Assembly (NCBI RefSeq): GCF_009914755.1
Contig: NC_060936.1
Source of the DNA: the human T2T-CHM13v2.0 reference genome, Homo sapiens
Length of the DNA stretch: 64,000 nt
Reading direction: 5' to 3' (one strand)
The translations under genes and the position numbers were made by a program. A model generated the notes under the pieces. That model was not told where the DNA came from and searched no databases. It saw nothing but the letters and a program-made list of their open reading frames with translations. Positions 15,267-31,800 of the stretch are shown here, piece by piece; the first letter of the stretch is position 1; every line of letters begins with the position of its first letter.

Positions 15267-17044
15267 TTATCTCAGATTGTCTTTCTGCCTAGAAGTTAGA
15301 TTCTGAGGTCAGCTAGAGTTGGATTTGAAACGGGGCTCTGCCACTTGCCAGCTGTGAAACTGGAGGTAAATGGTCCTCTCTGAACCTCGGTTTCCTCATC
15401 GTGAACCTGGAGATGACAGACTCCTCCATACAGGGCTGTGGAGATTCACTGAGAGGCCCCCTGTGCCCAGTCCATAGTGGGCAGCCGAGAATGTTTATTT
15501 CCTCCATTCCTGATACTATTCTGCCTGGTCTTGTGCTCCGGCAGCTGACTGCATTTGGTGTTTGGCTGACACCTCTGCTGTTGATTGTACCTGAAGTCAT
15601 TTCCAAAGTCACCTTGAAACATTTCAGCTCTCACCCTTGCCGTGCTGTATAAGGACAGGGCTTCTCACTGGACAATGGCACTTAGGATGATCCTCCTTCA
15701 GTGGAAGCAAATGCTGGCCGAAGGTCAGCTCTCTAGAGCCAATGTTGGTTGGCTTCCAGCTTTATCAAAAAGAATTAAAATAGCCCCTTGCCCGGAGATT
15801 GGGCCTGAAACAAGGCCAGTCCGGCAGCTTTGTGTGTTCGCTTGCCTAGCCTGCGGTAATGGGCTTGTGGCCTGCCTGATGGAGGGGCTCTGTCACCAGT
15901 TTCGAAATCAACATGGTGGCCAAGAATGGTTTTTTTGCCCCCTAGGCCACAAATGAAGTTTTTCTTTGTTGTGCTTTAGGTCAAATTGCTAGAGTTTTAA
16001 TGTTTGTGTGTGTAGAAATGGGATGTCTCAGACTTTCTGAAGCTGAACCATCAAGCCAGCCAGTCAGGGAAGGTCGTGGACAGAATGAGGGGTGCGGCTG
16101 TGTGTGGGAATGTCGATTAGTACAACCTCTGTGGAAAACAGTTTGGAGAGTTCTCAAGGAACTAAAATAGATCTGCCAGTCTCTCCAGCAATCCCACTAC
16201 TGGGTATGTACACAAAGGAAAAGAAATCACTCAGTCAGATTCGCTTTTCATTGGGAGGATCTTAACATGATTGGTTGAAAACAATAAATAAAATTAGCAA
16301 GGAGTCCAGTTGTGGGGTCTCACGCCTGTAATCCCAGCACTTTGGGAGGCTGAGGCAGGCAGATCACTTGAGGTCAGGAGTTCAAGACCACTCTGGCCAA
16401 CGTGTAAAACCCCGTCTCTACTAAAAATACAAAATTTAGCCGGACATGGTGGCGGGCACCTGTAACCCTAGTTGCTCGGGAGGCTGAGGGAGGAAAATTG
16501 CTTGAACCTGGGAGGTGGAGGTTGCAGAGAGCCGAGATTATGCCACTGCTCTCCAGCCTGGGCGACAGAGTGAGACTCAGTCTCAGAAAAATAAAATAAA
16601 ATAAAATAAAGAAATAATTATATCAAAAGACACCTGTACTTGTATAGTTATCACAGCACTATTCACAGTAGCAAAGATATGGAATCAACCTAAGTGTCCA
16701 CCAACAGATGACTAGATACAGAAAATTTGGTGTATATATATATATAATTTTTTATGGCTCAGTAGTATTCTTTTGTGTGTGTGTGTGTGTGTGTGGTGTG
16801 TGTGTGTGTGTATACCTACATGTATACATGGGTGTTCCTCTTACAAAATTAATAGCTTTTTTCTTATTGAAAATAACACATCATTGCAGAACATTTTTTA
16901 AAACATAGCAAAGAGATAACGGCTCTTAATACTTTAGCATTTTTTTCCCCCAGATCAGGGGTCTGTCTACAAATGATGTCCCTTGGGTTGCATCTACTTT
17001 TTTTGTAAATAAATGAAGTTCTCTTTTTTTTTTTTTTTAGGTAG

Positions 17045-17200
<156 letters not shown>

Positions 17201-17985
17201 TAGTTGGGATGGGGTTTCATCATGTTGGCCAGGCTGGTCTCAAACTCTTGCCCTCAAGTTATCTGCCCATCTTCGCCTCCCAAAGTGCTGGGATTACAGG
17301 CGTGAGCCACCGTGCCCAGCGTAGCATTAACCTTTTAGAAGCTAGAAAGCAGATGAATGAGTGGTCACTGGCTTAAGGCTGAGTCCTAATGGAGCAGTGA
17401 GGAAAGTTGGGGACCCCTGGCCATCTGTACCACAGAACCCCCAAAAGGCATGGTGTCTGGCAGCAAGGGATGCCCCTGGAGCTGAGGGGTAAGGAGGGTA
17501 CCAAAATGAGAAGGACAGGGTGGAAGACTCCCAGGTCCCCTCCCCTGTCTCCTGCGGCAGGGGCTGTCCACTTCGACCCCAACAGAAGGCAGCAGTTCAA
17601 AGGTACATATAGAGGGTCTTGGGAGAGGGGATCGACAGGCACAGTTGAGGGCATGGGGCCTGTATCCCAAATAGGAAGATAAGGGTCTGAATAGGTGCTG
17701 AATTCTTAGAACTTCCCCGTTCCCCCCGGGGCTCCAGGCTGACCTTTACTGTCCAGGCAGAAGACTGGAAAACTTCTCCCTGGGGAATCTGGCCAGCGAG
17801 AGAGAAAGACACGAAGATACTGACTCAGGGGATCCCCAACGCACTCCTACCTCACCCTACATTGAGCTCAGGGTCAACCAGGTCCACCACAGTCTCAGAA
17901 ATTCTGTTCTCACTCATAGTCACAAGGTTGGAACCAAGGCTTCCCTGACATTTGGGTTCAGTTTCTTTTTCTTTTTCTTTTTTGA

Positions 17986-18204
<219 letters not shown>

Positions 18205-18329
18205 TGATTCACCTGCCTCGGCCTCCCATAGTGCTGGGATTACAGGCGTGAGCCACTGCACCCGGCCCTGAGGTCCAGTTTCTCATATGTAAGTCAAGGT
18301 CCAAACCAGTAGACACAGGAAGCTTGGAA

Positions 18330-20960
<2,631 letters not shown>

Positions 20961-21034
20961 CCTCTGGTGTGGAGGGACAGAGCAGGAAACCTGTTTTGTT
21001 GTTAAACATTTAAAAAATTGTTTTCAGTTTTCTA

Positions 21035-21154
<120 letters not shown>

Positions 21155-21449
21155 CTACAAAAAAGAAAATTTAAAAACTTCTGAAATACAAATGTAGAAA
21201 AGTACATGAAAGATATTAATACCATGTAACAAGTCGGAACGATTAGAATGTGTGGACTTCTTCCCTGATCATAAAACTCTCACCCTTGTTATAAGTTTTT
21301 TAGTATTATTCAGGTTCCTAAACAATGGGCATGTAAAGTAAAAATTAACTTAGGATTAAAAATCTAAACATCCACCTTGGGACAGGTAGAAGAAACTGCT
21401 CCTTCTAGTTCATGTGCTGGTACCTTAGCTGGCCTCTTAAGGTGCTTTC

Positions 21450-21692
21450 AGTTGGGTACAGTGGTTCACGCCTATAATCCCAATGCTTTGAAAGGCTTTG
21501 ACGTCACTTGACATCAAGAGTTTGGACGAGCCTGGGCAACATAGTGAGACCCCATCTCTACAAAAATGTTTAAAAGTCGGCTGGGCTTGGTAGTGCCCTC
21601 TGTGGTCCCAGCTACCCAAGGAGGTCGAGGCTGCAGCGAGCCACGATTGCACCACTGCGTACTAGCCTAGGTGACAGAATGAGATCCCGTCT

Positions 21693-21730
<38 letters not shown>
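21450..21730 (+). mobile_element. Old diverged Alu with a pure A37 tail
   Basis: A-run 21694-21730; aaggtgctt target-site duplication on both sides. Confidence 0.85.
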
Positions 21731-21731
<1 letters not shown>

Positions 21732-21912
21732 GAAGGTGCTTCCTGACCTTGAGCCTCCTTGTAAATTGCTTCAGGGGCTCTGGAGAGCAAGTGCAAAGCA
21801 GGGGGGCTCTGGTGCAGTTTGGCTCCTCTGCTCCACTGGCTTTACAGGTGCCGAGCTCTGAGTCCCAGGCTTCTTCCCTCATGCACGTCTGTCCCTCATT
21901 CTTATTCTGCAG

Positions 21913-22045
21913 GCCGAGCATGTCGGGACTCCACCTGGTGAAGAGGGGACGGGAACACAAGAAGCTGGACCTGCACAGAGACTTTACCGTGGCTTCTCCC
22001 GCTGAGTTTGTCACACGCTTTGGGGGGGATCGGGTCATCGAGAAG
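21913..22045 (+). CDS. ACACB: ACC2 coding exon A ([12 protein letters not shown]...VIEK; AMPK site Ser222)
   Basis: ttctgcag|G...AAG|gtacag; 133 nt, phase 2 to 0; SAMS-like motif. Confidence 0.97.
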
Positions 22046-22496
22046 GTACAGATGGGTCTCGGCACTCTGGGTGGGGTCCGATTGGGGTGCAGGGGCCCCT
22101 CCTCTCAGCTGGAGGTGGGAGATTCGGGTTCAGGCTCATTCTGCCTGCTGCAGAGAGGGGGTGAGGGCCACGCTCCTCTGAGTTTTAATAGTTTAACCCT
22201 CAAATAGAAATAATAGTGAAGCCTCTTTCAAAGGGCTATTGTGAGGATGAAATGAAATAAGACAGGTAAAACACATTGTACTGTAAAACACTCAAAAAGT
22301 GTTAAGGGTGATCACAATGACACCAAAGGAATAAAAAAAAAATCATTCACTGGGCTCGGCACAGTGGCTCATGCCTGTAATCCCAGCACTTTGGGAGGAT
22401 GAGGTGGGCAGATCATTTGGGCCCAGCCTGGGTTTGTGTTCAAGTTCAAGACCAGCATGGACAACATGACAAAATCCTGTCTCTGCAAAAAAATTA

Positions 22497-22751
<255 letters not shown>

Positions 22752-22947
22752 TCATGTGGATGGCAGACTTTGAGCTCCTGCTCTGTGCTGGGGTGTGTGC
22801 CATGGAAATACATAGAAATACCAAGAGGAATGATGTGCTGCGGGGGCTGCAGGAGGCTCTGCAGCTGTGAGGTGGACTCGGGGTAGCACGTGGCCCCCAG
22901 CGCAGGTAGATGTGCATCTACAGCTCCTTCCTTGTCTTCCCATGCAG

Positions 22948-23086
22948 GTGCTTATTGCCAACAACGGGATTGCCGCCGTGAAGTGCATGCGCTCCATCCG
23001 CAGGTGGGCCTATGAGATGTTCCGCAACGAGCGGGCCATCCGGTTTGTTGTGATGGTGACCCCCGAGGACCTTAAGGCCAACGCAG
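22948..23086 (+). CDS. ACACB: ACC2 coding exon B ([16 protein letters not shown]..., start of biotin carboxylase domain)
   Basis: tgcag|GTG...GCAG|gtacct; 139 nt; VLIANNG motif. Confidence 0.98.
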
Positions 23087-23971
23087 GTACCTGGGCCTTG
23101 ACCCTCTCCTCCCATCACGCTCCATCCTTGCCTGCCCTCGCCTCTTTCCCCTGTGCCTAGGCAAGTCCATCCTGGACTCCCGATGGTCAGGACCTCTCAT
23201 GAGTCTGTATTTATTTGTCCTTCCTTCTTTATTTAATTAAAACGTCTGCTGACATCAAGAACAACTCATGTGCCTTACAAAAATGCAGATGGTTAACATG
23301 CAGAGAGGAAATTCGATCTTTGAGAAATGTCTGTGTTCTAGCAGATTGGGGGCTGTTTCTCCTGCAGGTGTATGTAATTGTATTTCAATCATTTGTTCAT
23401 TCTTCCGTTCATTTGCCTAAGTTTATTATAATGAATCATTCTATAAACAACTGTTGGATGATTTACTTTTTTCCTGAACAGTCTTATCCTTTTATAGGCC
23501 CTACTCCCCACAGCAGCCAAAGTGACCTTTTAAAAGCATAACTTCTTCTGCTGTATTTTCTGAAGGTTGTTAAAAACAAAAACCTCAGCCAGAGCGCTGG
23601 CTCACCCCTGTAATCCCAGCACTTTGGGAGGCTAAGGTGGGAGGATTGCTTGAGCCCTTGAGTTTGAGAGCAGCCTGGGTAACATAATAAGACCCTGTCT
23701 CTACAAAAATTAAAAATAAAAAAATTAACTGGGTATAGTGGCACGCACCTGTAGTCTCAGCTACTCAGGAAGCTGAGGTGGGAGGATCGCTTCAGCCCAG
23801 GGGGTCTAGGCTGCAGTGAGCTGTGATTACACCGCTGCATTCCAGCCTGGGAAACAGACTGAGACTCTGTCTCAAATAAAACAACATAAACCTAAAAGCA
23901 TAACTCAGGTCCGAGCACAGTGGCTCACGCCTGTAATCCCAGCACTTTGGGAGGCCAAGATGGGCGAATCA

Positions 23972-24277
<306 letters not shown>

Positions 24278-25504
24278 TCAGAGGCTGTGTGCTGTTCCCA
24301 GTATTAGCAACCTCAGCACCATCCCCTAAGCCTTCCTGCCCCAAGCTCTTCACAGACATGGCCTCATTTGTTACTTACAGCTCTGTTTTACAGATGGCAC
24401 AGTCGAGGCACAGGGATGTGAATTTATCACTTGTCCAGGGTCACACAACCATCATGTGATGCGGGTGGGATGGGAACCCTGGTCTGGGTTCAGAGCATCA
24501 CCCAGTGGGTCCTCCCATCTTGGTTAGTCTAAAATTCAAAATTGTCACCCAGGCCTATTAAGTCCCCTCCTGGCTCCATCTCGAACCTCTTGCCCTCCAT
24601 CAGCCGGGTACCAGTCACCCTGACCTCTGGTAGCTCCTGGGCCTGTTGCAGAGTCTTGGCACCTGCTGGAACCTCTATTGAAGGTGCTTCTCCCAGAGCC
24701 CTTTGTGCAGTGGACTCCCTCCCCACCCAGCCTGTAGGTCTCAACATGATCATCGCATCTCTCTCAGAGAACCTCATTTATTTTCTTCCCAGCACTGACC
24801 TGAGTCTGTAGTTATTGTGTTTATTTTCTTGTTTATCTTCTCCAACATAAAAGAAAAACTGGACAAGGACCAGGAAGCCTGTCTGGCCGCTCACTTCATC
24901 ATCTCTGGAATCTCCCCGTTGGCCGACACTTCTGTGTTTGATAAACATAGGAGGCAGGCAGGCCGGAAGGAGCAGCTGCTCTGGGATTTCTTTCTGTGTT
25001 TGCATATAAAGTGCCACATTGTTCAATTTCAGGATCTTAGCAATTCTATAGTACAGATGTCCCAACCCCTGTGTTTGGATTGAGTCTAACTTTTCCTAGT
25101 CCAAAACACTGCTCAGTGGCTGTTCTCTGACTTTGGCCTCATTGATGTGTGGGTTTTTGTTTGTTTGTTTGTTGTTGCTTTTTTTCTGAGATGGAGTCTT
25201 GCTCTACCTCCCGGGTTCAAGCAATTCTTGTGCCTCAGCCTCCCAAGTAGCTGGGACTTCAGGCATGTACCACCACGACTGGCTAATTTTTGTATTTTTA
25301 GTGGAGATGGAGTTTCACCATGTTGGCCAGGCTAGTCTTGAACTCCTGACTTCAGGTGATCTGCCCGCCTCAGCCTCCCAAAGTGCTGGGATTACAGGTG
25401 TCAGCCACCGCGCCCAGCCAGCGTGTGTTTTTTTAAGGACATATTCCTAGACATGGAACTTCTGGCTTAAAGAGCATGAGTATTTTAAAATCAAAACATT
25501 GCGT

Positions 25505-25865
25505 TATGTTCAGCCTTAAAAAGGAAGGAAATCCCGTCATATGTTACAACACAGATGAACCTTGAGGACGTTATGCTGGTCACAAAAAGTGAAATAAGCC
25601 AGTCACAAAAAGACAAATACTGCATGATTCCATGTAGAAGGGGTAACTAGAGTAGTGCAATTCATAGAGAGAGAGAAGATCGTTGGTTGCCAAGGACATG
25701 AGGGAGGGAGAGAAAGGGAGTTGTTCATGAGTATAGAGCTTCAGATTCATAAAATGAAAAAGTTGTGGACATCTGTTTCACAATATAAATATACTTCACT
25801 ATTGAACTGTACACTCAAAAATGGTTAAGATGGTAAATTTTGTGTGTTTTTTTTTTTACCATAAT
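25505..25865 (+). mobile_element. L1M 3'-end fragment
   Basis: gaaccttgaggac...ataagccagtcacaaaaagacaaatactgcatgattcc...aaaatggttaagatggtaaatttt. Confidence 0.8.
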
Positions 25866-26372
25866 TTAAAACTCTGGATTGTATTTTTGTTTGTTTCTTT
25901 GTTTTTTGAGACAGGGCCTTGCTCTGTCACCCAGGCTGGAGCGCAGTGACATGATCACGACTCATTGTAGCCTCGACCTTCTAGGCTCAAGTGATCCTCC
26001 TGCCTTGGCCTCCCAAGTAGCTGGGACTATAGGCATGCACCACCATTCCTGGCTACTTTTTTTGGATTTTTTTTTTTTTTTTTTTTTTTGTGGAGACAAA
26101 GTCTCTGTGTGTTGCCCAAACTGGTCTTGAATTCTTGGCCTCAAGTGATCCTCCTGCCTCTGCCTCCCAAAGTGCTGGGATGTCAGGCGTGCACCACCGT
26201 GCCCAGCCCTATTATATTATTTAATGGTAAAACAATATTAAGATAAACTTTAAATAGGACTTTTTTTAAAAACCCACCTCTAATCCCAGTCTGTTGACAG
26301 ATTACTTCCTTCTTCCTTCGTTCCTTTCCAGGCCTTCCAGGCCTTGTCCAGAAACATATCTGTATCACATAA

Positions 26373-26794
<422 letters not shown>

Positions 26795-26859
26795 TAATGT
26801 TCTGCCATTGATGTCAGTCTGTCAGCAGTTCCTTCCTTCTCCCTCCCATTTAATTTCAG

Positions 26860-26969
26860 AGTACATCAAGATGGCGGATCATTACGTCCCCGTCCCAGGA
26901 GGGCCCAATAACAACAACTATGCCAACGTGGAGCTGATTGTGGACATTGCCAAGAGAATCCCCGTGCAG
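26860..26969 (+). CDS. ACACB: ACC2 coding exon C ([25 protein letters not shown]...)
   Basis: tttcag|AG...CAG|gtagat; 110 nt, phase 1 to 0. Confidence 0.98.
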
Positions 26970-27163
26970 GTAGATGGACTGGGGTGCCCAAGTGTGGCCC
27001 CTGAGTGTGGGATGATGCCCCTAGGTTCTAGTTCAATTCCACAGTTCACAAGGGGTGGAGGGTCCAGATCCCACAAGGCTCCAAATTCCTGGGCTGATGT
27101 AACACAGAAAAGAGTGTTCAAGTGAGGCGAAGCACATTCTGTTTTTTAAAAAAAATTTTATAG

Positions 27164-27411
<248 letters not shown>

Positions 27412-27616
27412 GTAGAGTGTGTCCCCATCAGATACATGGGAATTGGGGTATTGCTGGGACACTCTGCTGGGTCTGACCCTCTTTCTCCTCCTGTCCTGTA
27501 AAGCGGAGGTCCGTTTGATTTCCCACCTCACACTTCTGTCGTGAGGAGTGAGTGAGTCCCAGGGTGGAAGGGCACATAGCTAATCTGCCAACTCATGGAA
27601 TTAGGAGCTGCCCGCT

Positions 27617-28350
27617 TTTCAAAGGAAGACACACAGGCAGCCAACAAGCATATGAAAAAAAGCTCAACATCACTGATCATTAGAGAAAGGCAAGTCAAAA
27701 CCAGAGTGAGATACCATTTCTTGACAGATTCTGAGATTGTGGAGAAAAGGGAACGCTTATGCACTGTTGGTGGGAGTGTAAACTAGTTCACCCATTGTGG
27801 AAAACAGTGAGGCAATTCCTCAAAGAGCCAAAAATAGAACTACCGTTTAACCCAGCAATCCTGTTACTGGGTATATACCCAGAGGAATTTAAAATCATTC
27901 GACCATAAAGACGCATGAACACGAATGTTTATTGCAGCACTATTCACAGTAGCAAAGGCATGGAGTCAACCTAAATGCCCATCAATAACAGATTGGATAA
28001 AGAAAATGTGGTACATATACACCATGGAATACTATGCAGCCATCAAAAATACTGAGATTATGTCTTTTGTGGGAACATGGATGGAGCTGGAGGCCGTTAT
28101 CCTTAGCAAACTAACACAGGAACAGAAAACCAAATATTAAATGTTCTCACTTATAAGTGGGAGCTAAATGATGAGAACATATGGACACAAAGAGGGAACA
28201 GCAGACACTACTTGAGGGTGAAAGGCGAGAGGAGGGAGAAAAGCAGAAAAAATAACTATTGGATACTAGGCTTGGTACCTGGGTGATGAAATAATCTGTA
28301 CCACAAACCCCTGTGACATAAGTTTACCTATATAACAAATTTGCACATGT
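27617..28350 (+). mobile_element. L1P 3' end (ORF2 C-terminus plus 3'UTR), sense orientation
   Basis: ORF 27925..28140 (MFIAALFTVAK...KKMWYIYTMEYYAAIK) is the L1 ORF2 C-terminus. Confidence 0.9.
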
Positions 28351-28629
28351 AATTATGTCCATGTCCTTGTGTAGTTTAGGGGAATCATTTACTATCATGT
28401 AATAAATCCCTGCTTCTCCTTACCGGTGGGTCTGAAAACAGTCTTGCCCAAATGTGAAGCAACTCAGTGCGGATCAATACATGATATTCACCTGAGGTAC
28501 AGCCGGGAGTCCCATGCCCATTGACGTTTTCTTTGTCTGTGGACTCTGAGTACATGTGGGCATCTGTCCTGTCTGACAGTTACCCAGGACTCTCATTATC
28601 AGTCTTAATTCCTCTGGAGGTTGATGATC

Positions 28630-28856
28630 CAGCCCACTGGACAAACTACAGCTCATAGGCCAAATCCAGCCTATGGCTTGCCTTTGTAAATAAAGTTTTA
28701 TTAAAACATGGTCGTGCTTATTCGTTTATGTATTGCCTATGGCTGCTTTCACCCAACACTGGCAAAGTTGAGTCATTGTGACAGAGACCTGCAGGCTCGC
28801 ACAACTGAAAGTATTTCCCATCTGGCTCTTTATAGAAAGAGTTTGCTAACCTATGG
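28630..28856. mobile_element. MER58A-like DNA transposon
   Basis: ggccaaatccagcc...aataaagttttatt...gagtttgctaacc. Confidence 0.7.
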
Positions 28857-29186
28857 TCCAGCTCTTTGAGCTCCTAGCTTACCTCTTTGATCTAGCTTTC
28901 TGCCTTCCCTCCAAAGTGAATTTTGTATATGCCACTGTAGCCTAGGTTGTAACTCACAACAGGTTTACAGTCCACATACGTTGAAAGTTGACTGATGCAA
29001 TAGCAGACTAACAGATTATTTTTCTTCCCTGACATGAGGTTAAGCTCCTTGAGAGCTGGGACCAGAGAATTTTCTCTGTCATCTGCTCCTTACCTGGCCC
29101 CACCACCGTGCACTCGGTCGGCCTTCAGCCTCGAGGGTCTTGTGACTGACCGGATTCTGCTTCCCTTCTTGTCCCCGATTCCTCAG

Positions 29187-29285
29187 GCCCTCCCAGTGAG
29201 GCCATGTGGGCCTTAGGAGATAAGATCGCCTCCACCGTTGTCGCCCAGACGCTACAGGTCCCAACCCTGCCCTGGAGTGGAAGCG
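29187..29285 (+). CDS. ACACB: ACC2 coding exon E ([33 protein letters not shown])
   Basis: cctcag|GC...AGCG|gtaagg; 99 nt, phase 1 to 1; LGDK motif. Confidence 0.97.
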
Positions 29286-29642
29286 GTAAGGGACCCCGAG
29301 CTTCCCTCTGGGGGAGCTTCTCAGCCCAGTCTTGATAATGTGAACGGTCAGGGTGACAGAAGTATGCTTGTAACAATTCTTTCCATTACAAATGTTACTT
29401 ACTTTTATTTTTTAGTCATTAGCAAAATATTTTAAAATTTTAAATTAGTAAACAAGTGGTATAATTTATTGTAGGCAATTTAGAAAATACAAGAAGTACA
29501 AAAAAGAAATGGAAATCATTCATAATCCTATGACCCAGTGTTGAACATTTATTACATTGTAGGTATCTACCTTTCCAACCTTTTTCTGGGCATATTCTTT
29601 GGGAAAAAAAAAAAAAAAAGACAGATCTTGGCCAGTGGCTCA

Positions 29643-29942
<300 letters not shown>

Positions 29943-30986
29943 TTACATTTCCTAGTTTGTGACTTTTTTTTTCCTCACTAATGAATATCTTTCTATGTAA
30001 AAAATACACTTTACACCATTTAAGATGCCTGCATAGGATTATATCTTATGGATGTATCATAATTTACTTAACAGTCCTCATGGTTAAACAATTTAGGTTG
30101 TTTCCAATTTATTTTTTCTAATTTAAAAAATATTCAAAGGAATGGAGCTTTGATAATCTTACAGCTAAATTTATGTGTGCATTTTAATAATTTTCTTAGG
30201 ATAAATTCCTAACAGTGGAGTTTCTAGGACAAATTAAAAAATAAATAGGACCGTCTCAAAAGTTTCCTATTAAATTTGTTTTTTTTTCCCCCCCCAAAAG
30301 TTGAATTTTAAATTTGGGATGGAAAATTTGCTTTCATTTGTTAAATCTTTGCATGGTGTTGGGAAATAATTATTCACATATAAATGACTCCATAAGGTAG
30401 AATTGGGATTTTTTTTTGGATTTAGATTAATATGGTTGTTGTTGGTCGACTCAGTCTGAGTTTCTTTCCTTTTTTGTTGTTTTGTTTTCGAGACAGGGTC
30501 TCACTCTGTCACCCAGGCCAAACTGTAGTGGCATGATCATAGCTCACAGCAGTCTTGACCTCCTGAGCTCAAGTGATCCTCCTGTATCAGCCTCCCGAGT
30601 AGCTGGGACTACAGGCCCATGCCACCATGCCTGGCTAATTATAAAATTTTTTTTGTAAAGACAAGGTCTCACTATGTTGCCAGGGTTGGTCTTAAAGTCC
30701 TGGGTTCAAGCGATTCCCCCCACCTCAGCCTCCCAAAGTGCTGGGATTATAAGCATGAGCCACCACGCCTGGCAGTTAGTTTCTTAAGCTTGATTTCTCA
30801 TTCAAGGTTGGGTTAGTTCTTGAGGAAATGAAAAGCCATTGTGAGAAGCTGAAGGGAGTGTCTGTATTCCGCTGGTCCAGAAGCCCAGGTCTAGCACTAT
30901 GTCAGCAGGGAGAGGCGCTGTGGTTTCTGGGTTGTGTGTGTTTCTCCTGGATTTGGGAGGAATCAGGTTTCTTTGTGACTCTCCAG

Positions 30987-31096
30987 GCCTGACAGTGGAG
31001 TGGACAGAAGATGATCTGCAGCAGGGAAAAAGAATCAGTGTCCCAGAAGATGTTTATGACAAGGGTTGCGTGAAAGACGTAGATGAGGGCTTGGAG
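30987..31096 (+). CDS. ACACB: ACC2 coding exon F ([10 protein letters not shown]...DEGLE)
   Basis: ctccag|GC...GAG|gtaaat; 110 nt. Confidence 0.96.
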
Positions 31097-31208
31097 GTAA
31101 ATGCAGAGCCTGTGGGGGCCAGGGGAGCCAGAACCGAACTGCCTCTGTCCTGGTAGCAGTTGGCAACTGGCTAACCTCTAAAGAGGTCTGTTTGTCCTTT
31201 GCACCCAG

Positions 31209-31319
31209 GCAGCAGAAAGAATTGGTTTTCCATTGATGATCAAAGCTTCTGAAGGTGGCGGAGGGAAGGGAATCCGGAAGGCTGAGAGTGCGGAGGACTT
31301 CCCGATCCTTTTCAGACAA
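31209..31319 (+). CDS. ACACB: ACC2 coding exon G ([24 protein letters not shown]..., ATP-grasp glycine loop)
   Basis: cccag|GCA...CAA|gtgagc; 111 nt; [12 protein letters not shown] motif. Confidence 0.98.
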
Positions 31320-31668
31320 GTGAGCAGTTCTTGCTGTGTCTTTTCGCATCTGTCTTTGGGAATTGTTTGTGGGCTGCCAGATTATTTCTCTTAGCATTAT
31401 TCTGTGACAGTCAAGAAGACATTTGTAGGAGCTGGATGTATCGTTGTATCGTATTTTGCAACAAACGCGTACATTTTTACTCAGAAAAGCCCATGGTTTT
31501 GTGTCGATCTTGACAGAATCTTTTAGGTAGTTCAAGTCTATAAATCAGTGTATCTAGAAATGATTTCAGAGATACAGGATCAAAATAGCTGTTTGTGACT
31601 ATATTGGCCTATAGAGGAATGGGATATTTTATAAATATTAGTACTCTTGTTATTTCTAATGTTTCTAG

Positions 31669-31800
<132 letters not shown>

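Noticed and set aside
15300-16000. Scattered AGGTCA half-sites as a PPAR/ERR enhancer
   Set aside because: No convincing DR1/DR4 pair; half-sites occur at about chance frequency
27925-28140. 71-aa ORF that looks like real protein
   Set aside because: C-terminal remnant of L1 ORF2 in a truncated, dead element
31206-31215. CAG-GCAG-CAG as a NAGNAG alternative acceptor
   Set aside because: The downstream AGs shift the exon start by 4 and 7 nt, both out of frame with the conserved protein
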